A DNA stretch of 64,000 nt from Curvularia clavata (Eukaryota): the NCBI GenBank assembly GCA_023920165.1, contig CP089274.1, positions 1,364,001 through 1,428,000 of the forward strand, in the 5' to 3' direction. The translations under genes and the position numbers were made by a program. Below the pieces are notes generated by a model. It saw only the letters and a list, made by a program, of their open reading frames with translations. It was not told the origin of the DNA and searched no databases. Each line of letters starts with the position of its first letter. The stretch's first letter is position 1. This document shows positions 28,294 to 41,189 of the stretch, piece by piece.

Positions 28294-29908
28294 TTAGAAG
28301 ACCAAGTAAACAAACAGCCACTAGGCCCGTGATCCCGAGACTTGGTCAGCGAGGAGCGAGGCAAAGAACGAATGTGCTGTAGCTCGACCACGCTATGGTG
28401 GAGAGGAAGGGGCGCTTTTTCAATGTCTGGTGCATTGACTTGGTCAGGCTTCACACCGTGGGCAGCTGGGGTATTTGCCCGACCATGCTAGCCCATTCAC
28501 AATCTCGAGGTCCACACAGATCACTGGCTGCATGGTGCGCGCTACCGGGAGGGCGCCCCCCTGAGGGCTTGCTAGCCAGTCGGTCACTCAGCCTTGCTGC
28601 ATAGCCTTAACTGCCCCCAAGCCTCTCCGCTGTAACCCACACCCTTATTAGCCATGCGCTCGCTTCCCCCCTTTCGCACCGTACCGCGTGCGTTGTGGCG
28701 GTTATGGTGTTGCAACCCTATCGTTGCTCTTATGCAGCTTGGCGCATGCTGCCAACGCCTTTCCATACCACGCTGTCTTCCCTCGACCTGTAGGATCTGA
28801 GACATGGCAGCCCCCTGGGAGATGACTACTCGTGCCCAGTCTGGTCGTACGTTGCCAGCTCGGTACTGCAAGCCTGGTCGCGGGCTGGAGAACATGATCA
28901 TCCCCCGCCACCCGAATGCAGATCGCTCTGTGACGCTAGAACAAACGGCTGGTGCCCCTTGGCTCTGTGTAATCATCGCCGGCACACGCAACCTTCCGCC
29001 CTCTTGATTGGATGTCCGGTCGTCTTAAGATTCTGAGGTCAGCACGCACACCACGGACCGTTTATCAAGCACTGCACAGCATCTCTCGTAGGCCATCTCG
29101 AAGAGCAATCCTAAAACAACGGGGCGCATTACGAACTCGACTGGAAGATGGCATGTCCTTCGGAGATTTTGGCGCAATCCTGGCGGCAGTACGTGCCAAG
29201 GTACTCGTGCCGCCTGTTTCCGCGCATTGAGTTTAGGCACGTATGTACTAGGCGGTCGGGCTGAGTGCTACAAGCGTTTAGCTGTCGCCATGTTTTATGA
29301 AACATGCTGCATGGTTGGTGGAGGGGCGCAGTAGACGCGCGCTGCTTGCTGTTGCCCATTGCGCTTTTGCATGTAGTCATACTCAGGTCTGGATGACAGC
29401 CACCAGCACATGGACTTCAACCGTGCTTCTGGATGTTGCAGCCACGTGAATGCGCGATGCCAACAAACAGATGACGCGGATAACCAAGTTACGAAATCAT
29501 AAGAGCAAGGTCTGCCGCGTTGAGCATGGTTCGGTCTGCTGTTTCGGATAGACGTTAGTGGACCTGGAGAAAAGTTACTATCGGTCCGCCCATTCAACAG
29601 GACAAGGGCGTGTTTCCATGCATTAAGTTCCAAGATGTGCAATTGGGGTCCTATTATTAGCGTCGAATAGTCATGCCATCACGTCTTCATCATTCGTCTT
29701 ACCAGTACCATTGTTTGCTATGATAAATCATTGTCCCGCAATTCGAAAAATAGGCACCCGGCAGTTGCGGTTTTCCACGTATAAAGTTACCTCCGTATGT
29801 ACCCGCTTACGTGAGCTGAGTACTCCAATACGATCGCAGTGTAGTACTCAGATCCAGCTCATCCCACGTGTATCCTGCTCAGTAACATCATCAAAGTCTC
29901 GAAGCCAC

Positions 29909-31109
29909 TCAGCTTGGTGTTGAAGGCTTGGCAGTCTTGGTCGCTGTCATGTTGTAATGCGCCTGCTGCTTGACGGTAGCCCAGTCTTGAGCCGGCACAC
30001 TCAACAGCTTGCAAACATCCTTACGCCGGTGGCGGAAGTCCTGGTACAGACTCATCCATATCCGTCTCTCGGCACAAGTTCCCTCGTGACTACCTCCGCA
30101 GTCGGGCTGCATCTCTGCGACACTGCCCACAGGCCACGTAAACCACGGTGGTGGCAATGGATAGTCGCTGAAATGAATAAGTTTTGCTTCCCTGTAAACT
30201 TTCTCGGCATCCCATTTCTCGTCCGCATCTCCCAGGTAGTCCGAGTGGTCATGTTGCCGAAACTCGGATGTACGGAGGGCATACGGGCGGTGCGGCAGAA
30301 CCAACGCACTCTCCTCATAACGTTCGTTTACAATCTCCATGTCGAACCTATGCATCTTTATCAGCATGCTGTCACCACCCCCTTCCATCAATTTTTTGAA
30401 TTTGCCCAACTCAGCCAATTTGGGTTTGATGACCATGAGCTTCGTTGACAATGGCCATGGCTTGCTATCTGTCCAATACGCACGCGGCATCGCAATTGGC
30501 GTTGAAGGAAGGAGGAAGAGCTCATCGAGGGAGCTGAGGAGCGTAACATCCGAGTCCAGAGCGATGACGCGGTCGTAGTACTCGAGAGAGAATGCCATCA
30601 ACTTGGTGACTGTTTCGTCCCACACCCACTCGGCTGTCATATCGTTACTCGTAAGCTTCTAAAGGGCGCCTCAGGAAGCCTGACCCACCTTCCGTCCGAC
30701 CTGCCACCTGAAGCGGCTTGACAGGATACAATTTGGCTTTGTACACATCTCGTGCCAAAACGAGCAGCTGGCTGTCTCGATCTTTAGCGCTCTCTACGTT
30801 CGTGTCCCAGTGTTCAGGGTAAAAGAGAACGCGATCTGCCTTGCTGCCATACCGAGAAAGTGCATCGAGCACTAGGACAGCGCTACAGAGCGATGCACTG
30901 TCAATGGCATAGACGCTGTACGCATAGTTCGACCAGTTGATCTTGAGGATGCCGCCTGTCTTAGGTTCAGGATTGTGAGTCGGGTACATCAGCCAGCATA
31001 GGAATGCAAAGCCGATAAGGTAGAACACGTGGTGACGGCGCATGCGAAATGCCGGCAAGCTGGGCTCCTCCTCAAATCGTGGAAGCTCATCTGATCGCCG
31101 TCGACGCAT
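29909..31109 (-). CDS. Glycosyltransferase family 8, Gnt1-like type II membrane protein, 2 exons
   Basis: N-terminal TM (VFYLIGFAFLCWLMY), YAYSVYA, SKADRVLFYP, TKL.AF..EYYDRVIALDSD (DxD), AMPRAYW and HFSDYPLP.PW. Intron about 30634-30687. Start codon uncertain. Confidence 0.85.
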
Positions 31110-31667
31110 GACTGGGAGGGAGTTTTGTGAGATGCTGACATTTCCACGCGACTGTTTTGGCGGTTCAGACTTCAGACCATTAGTGACGCGCAATCACGGA
31201 GTTTACGAGGCAGACTCCGAGCATGCGCCATTAAACTCGGTTCTACTGTTACGTCAGCAAAACCATTCATGTATTAGCACTGCACGAAGCAACCCAGTTG
31301 TACGTGTGGTGGTGACAGCATGGTTACAACGCTGATGGGTGAGCACAGTTGGATTTTCAAGATTCCATATGAGATCAGGATGCCGAGTGTCCGTAGGTTG
31401 CAATATCGCGATCTTTTGCACATCAAGCCAGGGCCACGATTTACACAGAAGAGCCAATTCAGAGGTGGCAAGATTGTTATATCATTGCCGTATGCCAGAG
31501 TCACTTTTATAGTATGGTATCAAACATTCCAAACGCCGTAGCTGTGCAAGCCTCCCCGGTTCCGAAACGGTGACCTCGAGGTTAGAGACATGATCCTCAT
31601 TCAGCTATGTAGCGCCCTATATGGCATATGTCATTCGTCGTAATTGTTGAGCACAATGCGCAAACGT

Positions 31668-32428
31668 TTACTCCTCAGGAACTGAGTCTTGTTAGCCAAA
31701 CATGTCTCGTGAAAACTGCTCTCAGAAAACTTACTCTCAATCTCGCCAGCCTTGATGTCGTCAGAGATGTCCTTGGGGCTGCGGCCGTCGACCTTGCAGC
31801 CAGTGCTGAAGGCAGTTCCAAGAATCTCAAGAACGGTACCCTTCAGGTCCTTGGCCATGGACTTGAAGCGCATGGTGCGGGCAATGGCGATGATGTCATC
31901 GAGAGGAATGCTCTTGGTGTGCTTGATGTTCTTCTCCTTCTTACGGTCCCGAGGAGGCTCCTTGAGGGCCTTGATGACAAGGGAGGAAGCGGAGGGAACG
32001 ACAGAGACGGCGGCTTGACGGTTTTGGATGGTCAACTTGACGGTGACACGGAGACCCTTCCAGTCACCAGTGGCCTTGGCGATATCTTCACCGACCTCTA
32101 CGAGTTTGTTAGGCTTGTTTTCCGGCTGTGTGTTCTGCAGAATGCTGGAAACGTACTCTTGGGGGAGAGACCGAGAGGACCGATCTTGGGAGCGAGCGCA
32201 GATGAGGCACCGACTTCACCACCGGTCGCACGGAGGTGAATGACCTTCACCTCAGAGGGATCGAACTTGGGAGCTTTAGGTATGTAAGCGCATGGTCATG
32301 TAGGGAAGCCTGGCTGTTAAAGAAGTCGAATTCTCTGGCAGCCAGGCGCACACTCAATCGTGTGTCCTAGTCGCACAGAAAGTCGATCATCTTTGTAGAA
32401 GCCGACCAGAAGGATGATACTCACGCAT
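31668..32428 (-). CDS. RPL12: 60S ribosomal protein L12 (uL11), 4 exons
   Basis: [71 protein letters not shown]. First coding exon is 4 nt (ATGC) and the terminal exon is short, ending PEE*. Confidence 0.98.
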
Positions 32429-33044
32429 GGCTAGTGCTTGAGGTAGTCAATCGGTTCTGGTTGTAAAGAATGACTGCCGTGGAGTTTGTGGAAAGTTCGT
32501 AAGAGGCAGAAAAGTCGTGGTGGGGGACGACAATATTGGTGGTTCTGCGAGGACAAGCGAGCCTTGGCGGCGCCTTCCCTAATAGGCAATAGCCGCTTTG
32601 CTTACGTGACGCCGTCACGGGACGTCCATCACCAACCACGAACGCGATAGCATTCTCTACAATTCCTTCTGATCCATTGTGGGCCTATCATTTCGAGTTC
32701 AGAGAGGGAGGTGGACGACACAAACTCTGTTTTTGGTAATAGAGTCAGCGATTGTTTCTCCAAATGATTCCATGTCCATTTGTGAATTATGCTACTTTCT
32801 TCACTATGACTGCTGGCTTCATCAACAACACCAATCCCTTAAGCGCAAAACAGTTTCCAACGCTCTGCAGAGTGACAACATTATGTCAATGAAACCAAGT
32901 CATTCTTCACCAAGCTTAATCAATCGCCCGCCATACACATCTTTTTCTACCCCTACTGCCTATAAAAGCTGCACATGAGCCTACTTGATTAAAACCAGTA
33001 TAATCTACAACACGATATTCATAGACACTATCACATCCTAAGTC

Positions 33045-33353
33045 ATGGTTCTAGGCACTCATCTCGACTACCACCTGCGTCAATGCTGTGAAAAGGCACA
33101 TCGCACGCCACTCTCATCACATCCTCCTACAGACTCTTCAACAGCCAAAGAGGATGGCAGCGAACACACAACCTCGCAGAAGGAGAGTTATGAAATTAAG
33201 CATGAAACAAAGATTGACACGGTGTCTACCGAAACTGATTCAAAGAACGATACACCCAACATTTCCCAGCAAGAACCTGTCGAGCTGAATCTTAAATGGC
33301 CCCTGCCGCCCGCTGAGATACACGATGGTCGATTGTTTAGGAAGGTTGGATGA
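33045..33353 (+). other. Short orphan ORF, possibly a truncated gene remnant
   Basis: ATG-initiated 102-aa ORF with a TATAAA at about 32961. The frame continues past TGA/TAG into coding-like, TpA-rich sequence. Confidence 0.3.
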
Positions 33354-33655
33354 GAATAGACTAGGGTTAGGATTTTTGGAAGAATAGTGAACGATAGCGA
33401 GAAAATATGAAGTCCTGACCTCGATGTGCGCATCTAGCTTTCAAAATCTAGTACTGGGGGTGGATTGGGTTTTAAATCGAATACAGTAGTGTGTGTTTGT
33501 GTGTAGTGAGTTTTGGCTAGCAACATTGATGAGAGAGGCCCAAGAAGGAGAAGGGGTAGACTAAGACGTAGGCTGTACCACGACGTGCTCACAGCTTCAA
33601 CGTCCGCATCTCAACTAACAACTTCAAGCTCCAAAAGTAGCCACCGTTTGCTCGC

Positions 33656-34774
33656 TCAGGCAACAGCCTCAAACACCACCTCTCCTGCACTCTCAACCTT
33701 CAAACTTCCCAACTTATCCATGCCAACCTCCCACCTCCTCATCTTCTCTTCCTTTGTCCTAGTCAATAAATCAGCCTTCTTTCCATATTGCCACCGATTA
33801 AACGCAACAAGAGCACGCTCGGTAACCTTTGCTTTATACATGTGACCAGCCTCGAGACCCTCCATGCTGCGCACGTACTCGACCTCATTTTCCTGGTTTT
33901 CCAACGTACATTCGGATCGCCATGGCTTATCTGCTGAAATTTCTACGAAATCATCATGGTCTAAAAATTCCGGATGAGGATCAGAGTCCCAGCAGCCGAA
34001 AACACCAGACCAAGGTACCTTCTTCCCGGTGTTGATATCTTGACAGTCGATCAATGAGTCAAGGGACTTCAGATCTTCCGAGAAGACTGAAAGTGGGGAG
34101 CGTAATTTGTTAATAACGAGGGGCACGCGGCTATCTGTTGTGTATTCGATGATGAACTTGAAGGGAACTGTACCAGTGAGATGAGCCTGATGAGGCATCT
34201 TTAACCTGGAGAAAATTCTTGGGGGCGCCGGGTCGTCATGAACAGTGAAATAGTGTGTCCTCCCCTCATTACCAACAGTCAGCTTTTTAGTAGGCGGAAG
34301 GTTTTTAGCTTGGTCATCGATATCATCAGTGTAACATGCGAACACTTCGCCGTTATTCTTAGAGAGTCGCAAACCATAGGTATGGCCGGGCTGCAAGATC
34401 TCTTTGCATGCAACATGTGTGGAATCAGTATGGACATTGACCGATATCTGCCGATGCTGTGGTGATGGCTTGGGGGGTATGTTGAGCTGGCCTAGCTGAG
34501 GTGATGTGGCAGGAGGTAGCACGATCGCATTTTCTTTACCAGATTCCACTAGTTCGAGCAGTCCTGATTTCAGTGCCTATAATAGACCTAGTCTGGCTCC
34601 AGCAAGACAATTGCAAGAGAGCGTCACTGAGCGCTCCGTCTCAAAAGTTGTGATTACGATGAGACCAAGGTTCAAACTTCTTTCGCAGTTCAATTGGAAC
34701 CTATTGCTAATTTCCAGATCTCCTGCCTCGAATCGGAGGGACAGGACACTGCTAGGGGCGGTTTAGTCAGTCAT
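33656..34774 (-). pseudogene. Orphan gene with two N-terminal in-frame stops
   Basis: ATG 34774 is in frame with ORF 33656..34549 and is interrupted only by TAA (34763-34765) and TAG (34577-34579). About 372 codons if restored. Confidence 0.6.
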
Positions 34775-35889
34775 GGTGAGCGTGCACTTCGTAGTATGCG
34801 TAGCGCGGGTCTGAGAAAAAATAATTGAGGGATAAATGTGTTGGGATGTAATAAGGGATACAGTAGCCGGTAGTTGCAGTCACCATTTTCTAGTCAAAAG
34901 GAAGGAGTTGTCAGCGCCAAAATTGGATTCATTCTGCAACATCTTGTAATGCTCTGACGTCATGCAAATGTTGCCCAATGGAAGCAGCCTTGCTGTGCCG
35001 CTTTATACACGAACAACCACCTCGGACCCCGGTGGCCTGACTTCTGCTCTCCAGAAAACCAATGTCACAATACTATTCCCGCTGATTGAGTCATTAGTCT
35101 ATTCGGGTCTGACTCCTTCGGCGTTCTTACCTTCCATTATGTTTCAAGTTCGAAACTTGACGTACCATAGCACTCCTATTGACGACCAAGTCGTAACGAC
35201 TCCGAGGAACCCATCATATGATCGCCGTACAGCTTGAGCTGGGTAAGCAGATAATCCTTGAAGCATACACATCAATACTAGTGTGTTTGAGATCCTCTTG
35301 GTAGGTCTCTGTATGTATTAATATTCCTGCTGTTGCATGCGGCCAGGGGGAACACAATTGTCTTCTGTCCACACAGCTCAAATATGACTTGAAAAGACTT
35401 GAATAAGCCCTATATTAGGTGATTGAACGCAATAACAAATGTTGACCGCAATTAGCAAGCACTTCCGTTGTCAGTTCTCAAAGCCTCGCCTTTTGATTTC
35501 GAGTTCTATCCGTAAAAGTGTTGCTATCAGTCTCGAAAGACCATTTGCATCCTTTACGCTGTGCCTCTCAACCCCAAATATGACGTCCAATCAACTCTGA
35601 ATCATGAATTCATCAGCAGTTGAGTCAAAGATAATACCAATACTGTCCTGTATCGATGATCTGATTTCATGATGCATGACATATCCAACACATTGGCCCC
35701 TAACGTTCGGTCCCCGGCGGAGTCTTTGTATAGATGTGAGTGCCCCATCAAATGTGGGTAGTATGAGAAGCAGTAAAGGGTTATAAGAGCGTGGAAGAAT
35801 ACTTCTAAAAGACCTACCACACTAACCAACCAACATCCGCTCATTGACAGCCCTTCCAACAAGTCAAACAAACGATCTTGTACTTCAAG

Positions 35890-36774
35890 ATGACCTTGAT
35901 TAAAACTGCATGTCTCGTGTCTCCGCCAATTTCAGGTCTCATCGCTGCTAATCCCACCAAATCTGACAATGTCAAACCGCGAGACCTCTTTGAAGTTAGC
36001 CTAGACCTTAGCAAACAGACTCTGTTTAACGTAGAGGACATCAAGTCCGACCAACGGAAGGAGTTCCTCCAAGAAGCCCAGAAAGAAGCTGTCGACATTG
36101 CCGGCGTACCGTTAAAGTACTTTGACCATTCTAAATACGTCGGTTTGTTGAAGGCTTAGCTCGGGCCCGACCGCCCAGGATGGCCCGCCGGGGAGTCGAG
36201 GACAATGTCCGAGGCGGTCTTACCGACTTTGTCGGCAACAACGTAAATGAAGAGGGCACCGTCGTTCTCGGTGATGTCAGGGTCTGGGATGATGACTATT
36301 TGCGTCGAGATCCAAAGTACTGCGATCAGGTTAAGAATGGCAAGAGTCCGACTGCATATTACAGCCGGACGAGAAAGGGTGGCTTTGGTCCGTCCATGCA
36401 TTACTGCGACAAGTTCTTCGACAGGAAGAGCAAGGCCGAATACTTGGCGAACAACTGCGTGTTTGTCGCTAGCCATATTGATACGGGTACCACGACGTCG
36501 CAACATCGTGGTGCAAATGTGCTGCATGAGTTTGATGTCGACGACTGAACGTGAACTGCTGCTGACAAGTGCCTATAGGGTTGGAGCTCAGGTTGATGAT
36601 TTTGCTTACGGCGCTTTCCAGTGTCTTTCGTACAAAGACACTCCAGCCGGTCAGAAGTATGAAACAAGGCCTGCCCTCAACTCTGATTCCTATGTTTCCT
36701 TTGCTATGCATATTTGGCTTTCGGAGGAGTGCACGAGGTCTTTCTCTTACCCCAGGGGCTCACAAGACGATTAA
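35890..36774 (+). pseudogene. Secreted M35/aspzincin-like (deuterolysin-related) metalloprotease, degenerate
   Basis: Signal-like N-terminus, KA*LGP (WFG-like position), HYCDKFF, VLHEF, DDFAYG and LNSDSY. TAG at 36157-36159, frameshift near 36190, and the second His of HExxH is not found. Confidence 0.65.
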
Positions 36775-37213
36775 GGTGAGATAGGTCGGCAGGAAGGAAC
36801 GGAACGAAGGTATGGCAACGGAGCGTTTACATGGGACAGGAAGGTTTACTTCTCTGCATTTGTATTAATCGTGGAAGAGTGGTGGATTATGTCTAATAAC
36901 TTTTTCTCATTGTCTGGGAGCTTTGCCTCTCAATCAAGCTATCATAGTCGACGTCTCATCACCGCCAAAAGTCGAGCTTCTCCGAGGCCTCTATACATGG
37001 TACACTTCTCGAAACGAAGATTTGAAGAGTGAAACCAGTAGGTTGTTGGGCAAATACTGCCTTTTATTGATTCTTAAAGAGAATAGAAAGAGACAGAGGA
37101 TGGATAGTTGGTTGATCAAAGTAGAATATTATGTAATGTTGAGCTAAGAAAGGATAGAACATAGCGACCGAACCTGTTCATCATACAAACAAACTTCAGA
37201 TATTACTGTAATT

Positions 37214-40021
37214 CTACTGCAAGCCATATTGCGCCGGCCATTGTAAGTCCTGAACGGGGAATTGCGGAAAACTATAGGGTGGGATGAGCATATTGCCCAC
37301 GCCCATTTCTGCGCTGCCAAACATCCTCTCAACATCGTTCTACGTCTTCGTCAGTGCTATGCATTTGAAGCGGTGCAAATCAACTCACCCAATCGATCTC
37401 GTTGATAGCGTCCATAGGGTTGCTGCTACCCGTTGATCCAGGTGTCATGCCGTATATTGCAGAACTTGGGCTACTGTCACTTCCCCCGCGATACTGCTCA
37501 ATGCTGGTGCTAGGGACATAGGTACTAGCAGAATTGGGAACGAAGTCACTATAAACTGCAGGCTGTGCAACTGGGACCGATGCCGGAAGATCGATTGTGC
37601 CCCAATCTACAGTGGGAATGGCACCAACAAAACGGTTTCCTTTAGGGCCCAGTACTGACCCATTTGGCACGGCTGGTGGGTAAGGCGGTGGCACAAACTG
37701 TTGCGCCATTGATTCCCCTCCCATGCCATGAGATGGAGGACTGACGCTACTGTTGGACGCTGACGTACTTTCTTGACGGGTTGTCTGATCCTCTTGGGGT
37801 CGTTGTATAAGATTTGGTGGCGGATTTGGCGCCTGCTGTGCCTTTATCGGGGGGCGGACTCGTTTCATATCAGAGTATTTCTTTGTTTTGCCCATCAACT
37901 CTGTCAAAATTGATTTAGTCTTCTCTTCGTTGGAAAGCCCCGGAGGGAGATCAAGTGAATAGTCTATACATCTCCAAATTCGTTGTTCCATGGCCGGTCC
38001 TGGCTTGGTCATGCTAACCTCACCGACAAGAAGAAGCGCGCAGTGGTGTTGATGAAGAGCACCGACAATCCAGGACCAACAAGATAAGATGGGATGTTGT
38101 TCAATTGCCATGCCGTGTTCCAGGATCATTGTCGCAGCGCTCAGGACAAGCTGCCGCAAGCGTTCAGGCATCTTGTTACGAGCGCTAGAAATGTATTTTT
38201 GCAATATGGAGACGTAAAGTCTGTTCGAAACAATACCATGAAGCTCTGAGGCCAGGACATGCAGCGGGTTCGACTTGCTGAGCATCGGTACATACTTCTT
38301 TTCCATGGCCGCCAAGAACGACTGAACACGTGAAAGAATAGAGGTGATGGTCACTTGGTTCTTGTCGCCGGTGCGTTTTTCGTCCAATTTTGGACGTTCA
38401 ATCCATAGGAAACGATGCATCTCATATGCTTCAAAACGCATACGGCTTATTGTCATGTCAGTGAAACGAGTCGAGTCCTTGCTGACATCTACGCCAGGTT
38501 CACGACGCTCAGCACGGTCGAGGTCATCATCGTCGACGTTAAGAGGGAAGCGTGTGTCGTAATCGTCCAGTCGGATCTGTGGGCGGGGACCCACAGCTTC
38601 ACATGTACGCAGGTCCAGGAAGCAGATCTGGTACCACACCATGCGCCGGACATGAATTTCGATGGGGGATTTACTGTATGCGGCGGGGTCGCGATGGAGT
38701 CCCATGCATTCGGCCAATCGAATCAAGGATCCCGTCAGAGCAGAATGAGCGCGGGACACTTCGTTTCGACACAATGGTATCTAAAATCGGTGAGTTAGCT
38801 TTATTCTGCTGTCTCACACAAGACAAAGAATGCATAGTAAGTGTCACGTGGTATATGTGAGACCAGCTAGAAGGTGACATACCAAATACATGACAAAAGC
38901 TTGAAGTGTTTCTAGTTTGGTAGTGCGCAGAAAGTTGGCTTTGGCGAGTGCTGCTTCTGTTCCCTCACGGAAGGTGTTTGTGAGGGTTCTTTTGTCAACC
39001 TGGAACTCAGTGCGCACTCTGTCCTCACTCATGGAGACAACAGAGCTTAGCATGGCTGCAAAAAGAACTGCTTGAAAGGAGGAACGGGGTTCCATGCCCA
39101 TATTGACTCTGATCCAAAAGTTTTGATACTGCCTTTCAAAAGAAGGGCGATGGACGACTCGAGCAACGGTATGCACAGCGACCCAATAATGCGCAATTAG
39201 TTTGTCGACGACAAATCGCGCTGGCAGATACGAGGCGAGCGAAGCACTGTCAAGCCCGGAAGCCAACATGAAGTTGGAAGATGGTGCAACATAATCCTGA
39301 CTTGGTGCTAACCAGCTGGGGTCCTCGTCGATGTTTGCTTGCGAGGCGTTTTCGTGGTGCGGCATATCTTTCATGTGCTGAGCCAACTAGAGACGGAATG
39401 TGTTAGTAGGTAAGCTGACCGGGCTGGCGCTTGTGGGAAAGTTACTTCGTCTGAGAATTTTGGACGGACAAGACCGCCGATGCGTTCTGTTATTCGGATC
39501 TTGCCCATGCGGAAGCCGAGGTCGACCAGATCGTCATTGGTGTCGTCTTCAGGTTCGTAGTAGGTAGCATCTTCGGTGACGAGGCCTGTTGGACGGAGGT
39601 CCCTGGTTTCTTCATCGTCTTCATTGTCACTGTGTTGGCTGTGGCCGGGGAGGTTGCTCAGTTTGGAAAAGATGTACGGGCTTCTAGTGTTGGACTCTGT
39701 CTTACGAGCTATGCCTTCTTCGAGGCTTCGCTCGAGCATGCCCATCTGCTCCTTGACCTCTGCGAGCTTTGCTTGGGCGTCTGCGTCTAGTCCCTGGGCG
39801 ATGAAGACGCATGTCCGCGAGTTTTTTGTGCAATGGGTGCACGGCTGGCCTTTGTCACATTTTAACTTTCTCCGCCGGCATTCCAGACAAGAGGTGATGA
39901 GCCGGTTGCGGCGGCGTACGCGAGGTTGAGGCTGCTGGGCCTTCCGCTCAACAGCAGCAGTGGCAGGCATTTGGCTGGGCCATGGGATACCGTCCTGGCT
40001 TGGCAGGGATGCGGTAGACAT
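37214..40021 (-). CDS. Zn(II)2Cys6 fungal transcription factor with middle-homology domain, 4 exons
   Basis: CLECRRRKLKCDKGQPCTHC..C cluster, HRPSFE, LETLQAFVMYL and AECMGLHRDP..RRMVWYQICFLD. The last exon ends TAG at 37214-37216. Confidence 0.93.
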
Positions 40022-41189
40022 GATGGGTTGCGAGAGGCTGTGGGACCGTGGTACGGTACCAGCAGCAGGGTTGAAAGCCTTACGGACGTAAGAAGGCGCT
40101 GGGCAGCAAATCAGCGGCGGGCGAGGGAAGCGGCTAGACGGGAAGCGAGGGCTGGGTACATTGGTTCGCTGCGTGCCGTCTGGAGTGCAGTGCGTCTATC
40201 CGGCTTGCTGGTGACGGGCGCGGGGCGGTGGTCGAGATGGATGCTGGATACGGGGATGCAGATGCAGATGGCAGCGCGCGTCGACTGGGGAGGACTGGGG
40301 AGAAGAGGACGAACCCCCTCCAGGCCTTTTCCCATTGGGGCCTTGAGAATCCCCTGCAAGTACCGTCGCCAGCGTCCTACCACGACCACCCAGAAGGGCC
40401 GTCAGCCGCCCCACGCCGCTCGCGCAATGCCTCGGCCCTGAGCTGAACCAGTCTTTGTACAACCAACTCGGCTGTCCTGCCAATTCGTCTCATGTCCTGC
40501 AAGACATTGAGCACAGCGCTCGTATATCGGCCGAGGTCGGGCATCACGGTGGTCTGTTTAGTGCGCACAATGAACCGTAAGCACTCTATCGGGCAAACAC
40601 ATGGCTCTGGTGCTCCCCCTCCATCCGGACCCACTGAGAAAGAATAAGCATTCTGGCCCGTATGCTGCTTTTACTCTGACACCCAATTCCACGTGCTGAG
40701 GCTTTGTCCTGGGCTATGGGTGCGGCGTCTGAAACTGTTGCGGCTAATGCACATGGACTGGACCTAAATCTCGCTACCTGTATACACGCGTCGGGAAGTG
40801 GACAGACAGAGGCGTCGGGGCCCCAGAAAGGATGCCTTGGTTTTCTATGCATGTTCAGCAACTCGCCGCGACCGTGTCCGTGAAAATGATGATGGCATGA
40901 AGAATGAGGTGACACCAGACGCGAAACGCGAAACGCCAGGTCACGTTTTGCGGCAACGCGACCCCTCCTCGTGGTTGCCGCCGCGATCTAGATAGCGCAC
41001 GTCCTCACCGCTTCCATAACAAACACCTTTTCTCATTGTCTCGTTGGCGGCCTGCTCCCCCACCACAACTCACGCCCCCTTGACGCCGCCCAATTCTGCT
41101 GCTGCTGCTGCTTCTCCTTGCCTCTCCTCCCATCCCTCCATCCTCTCACCCTCCCTCCACCACACGGCCCACCACACAGCCCACCCATC

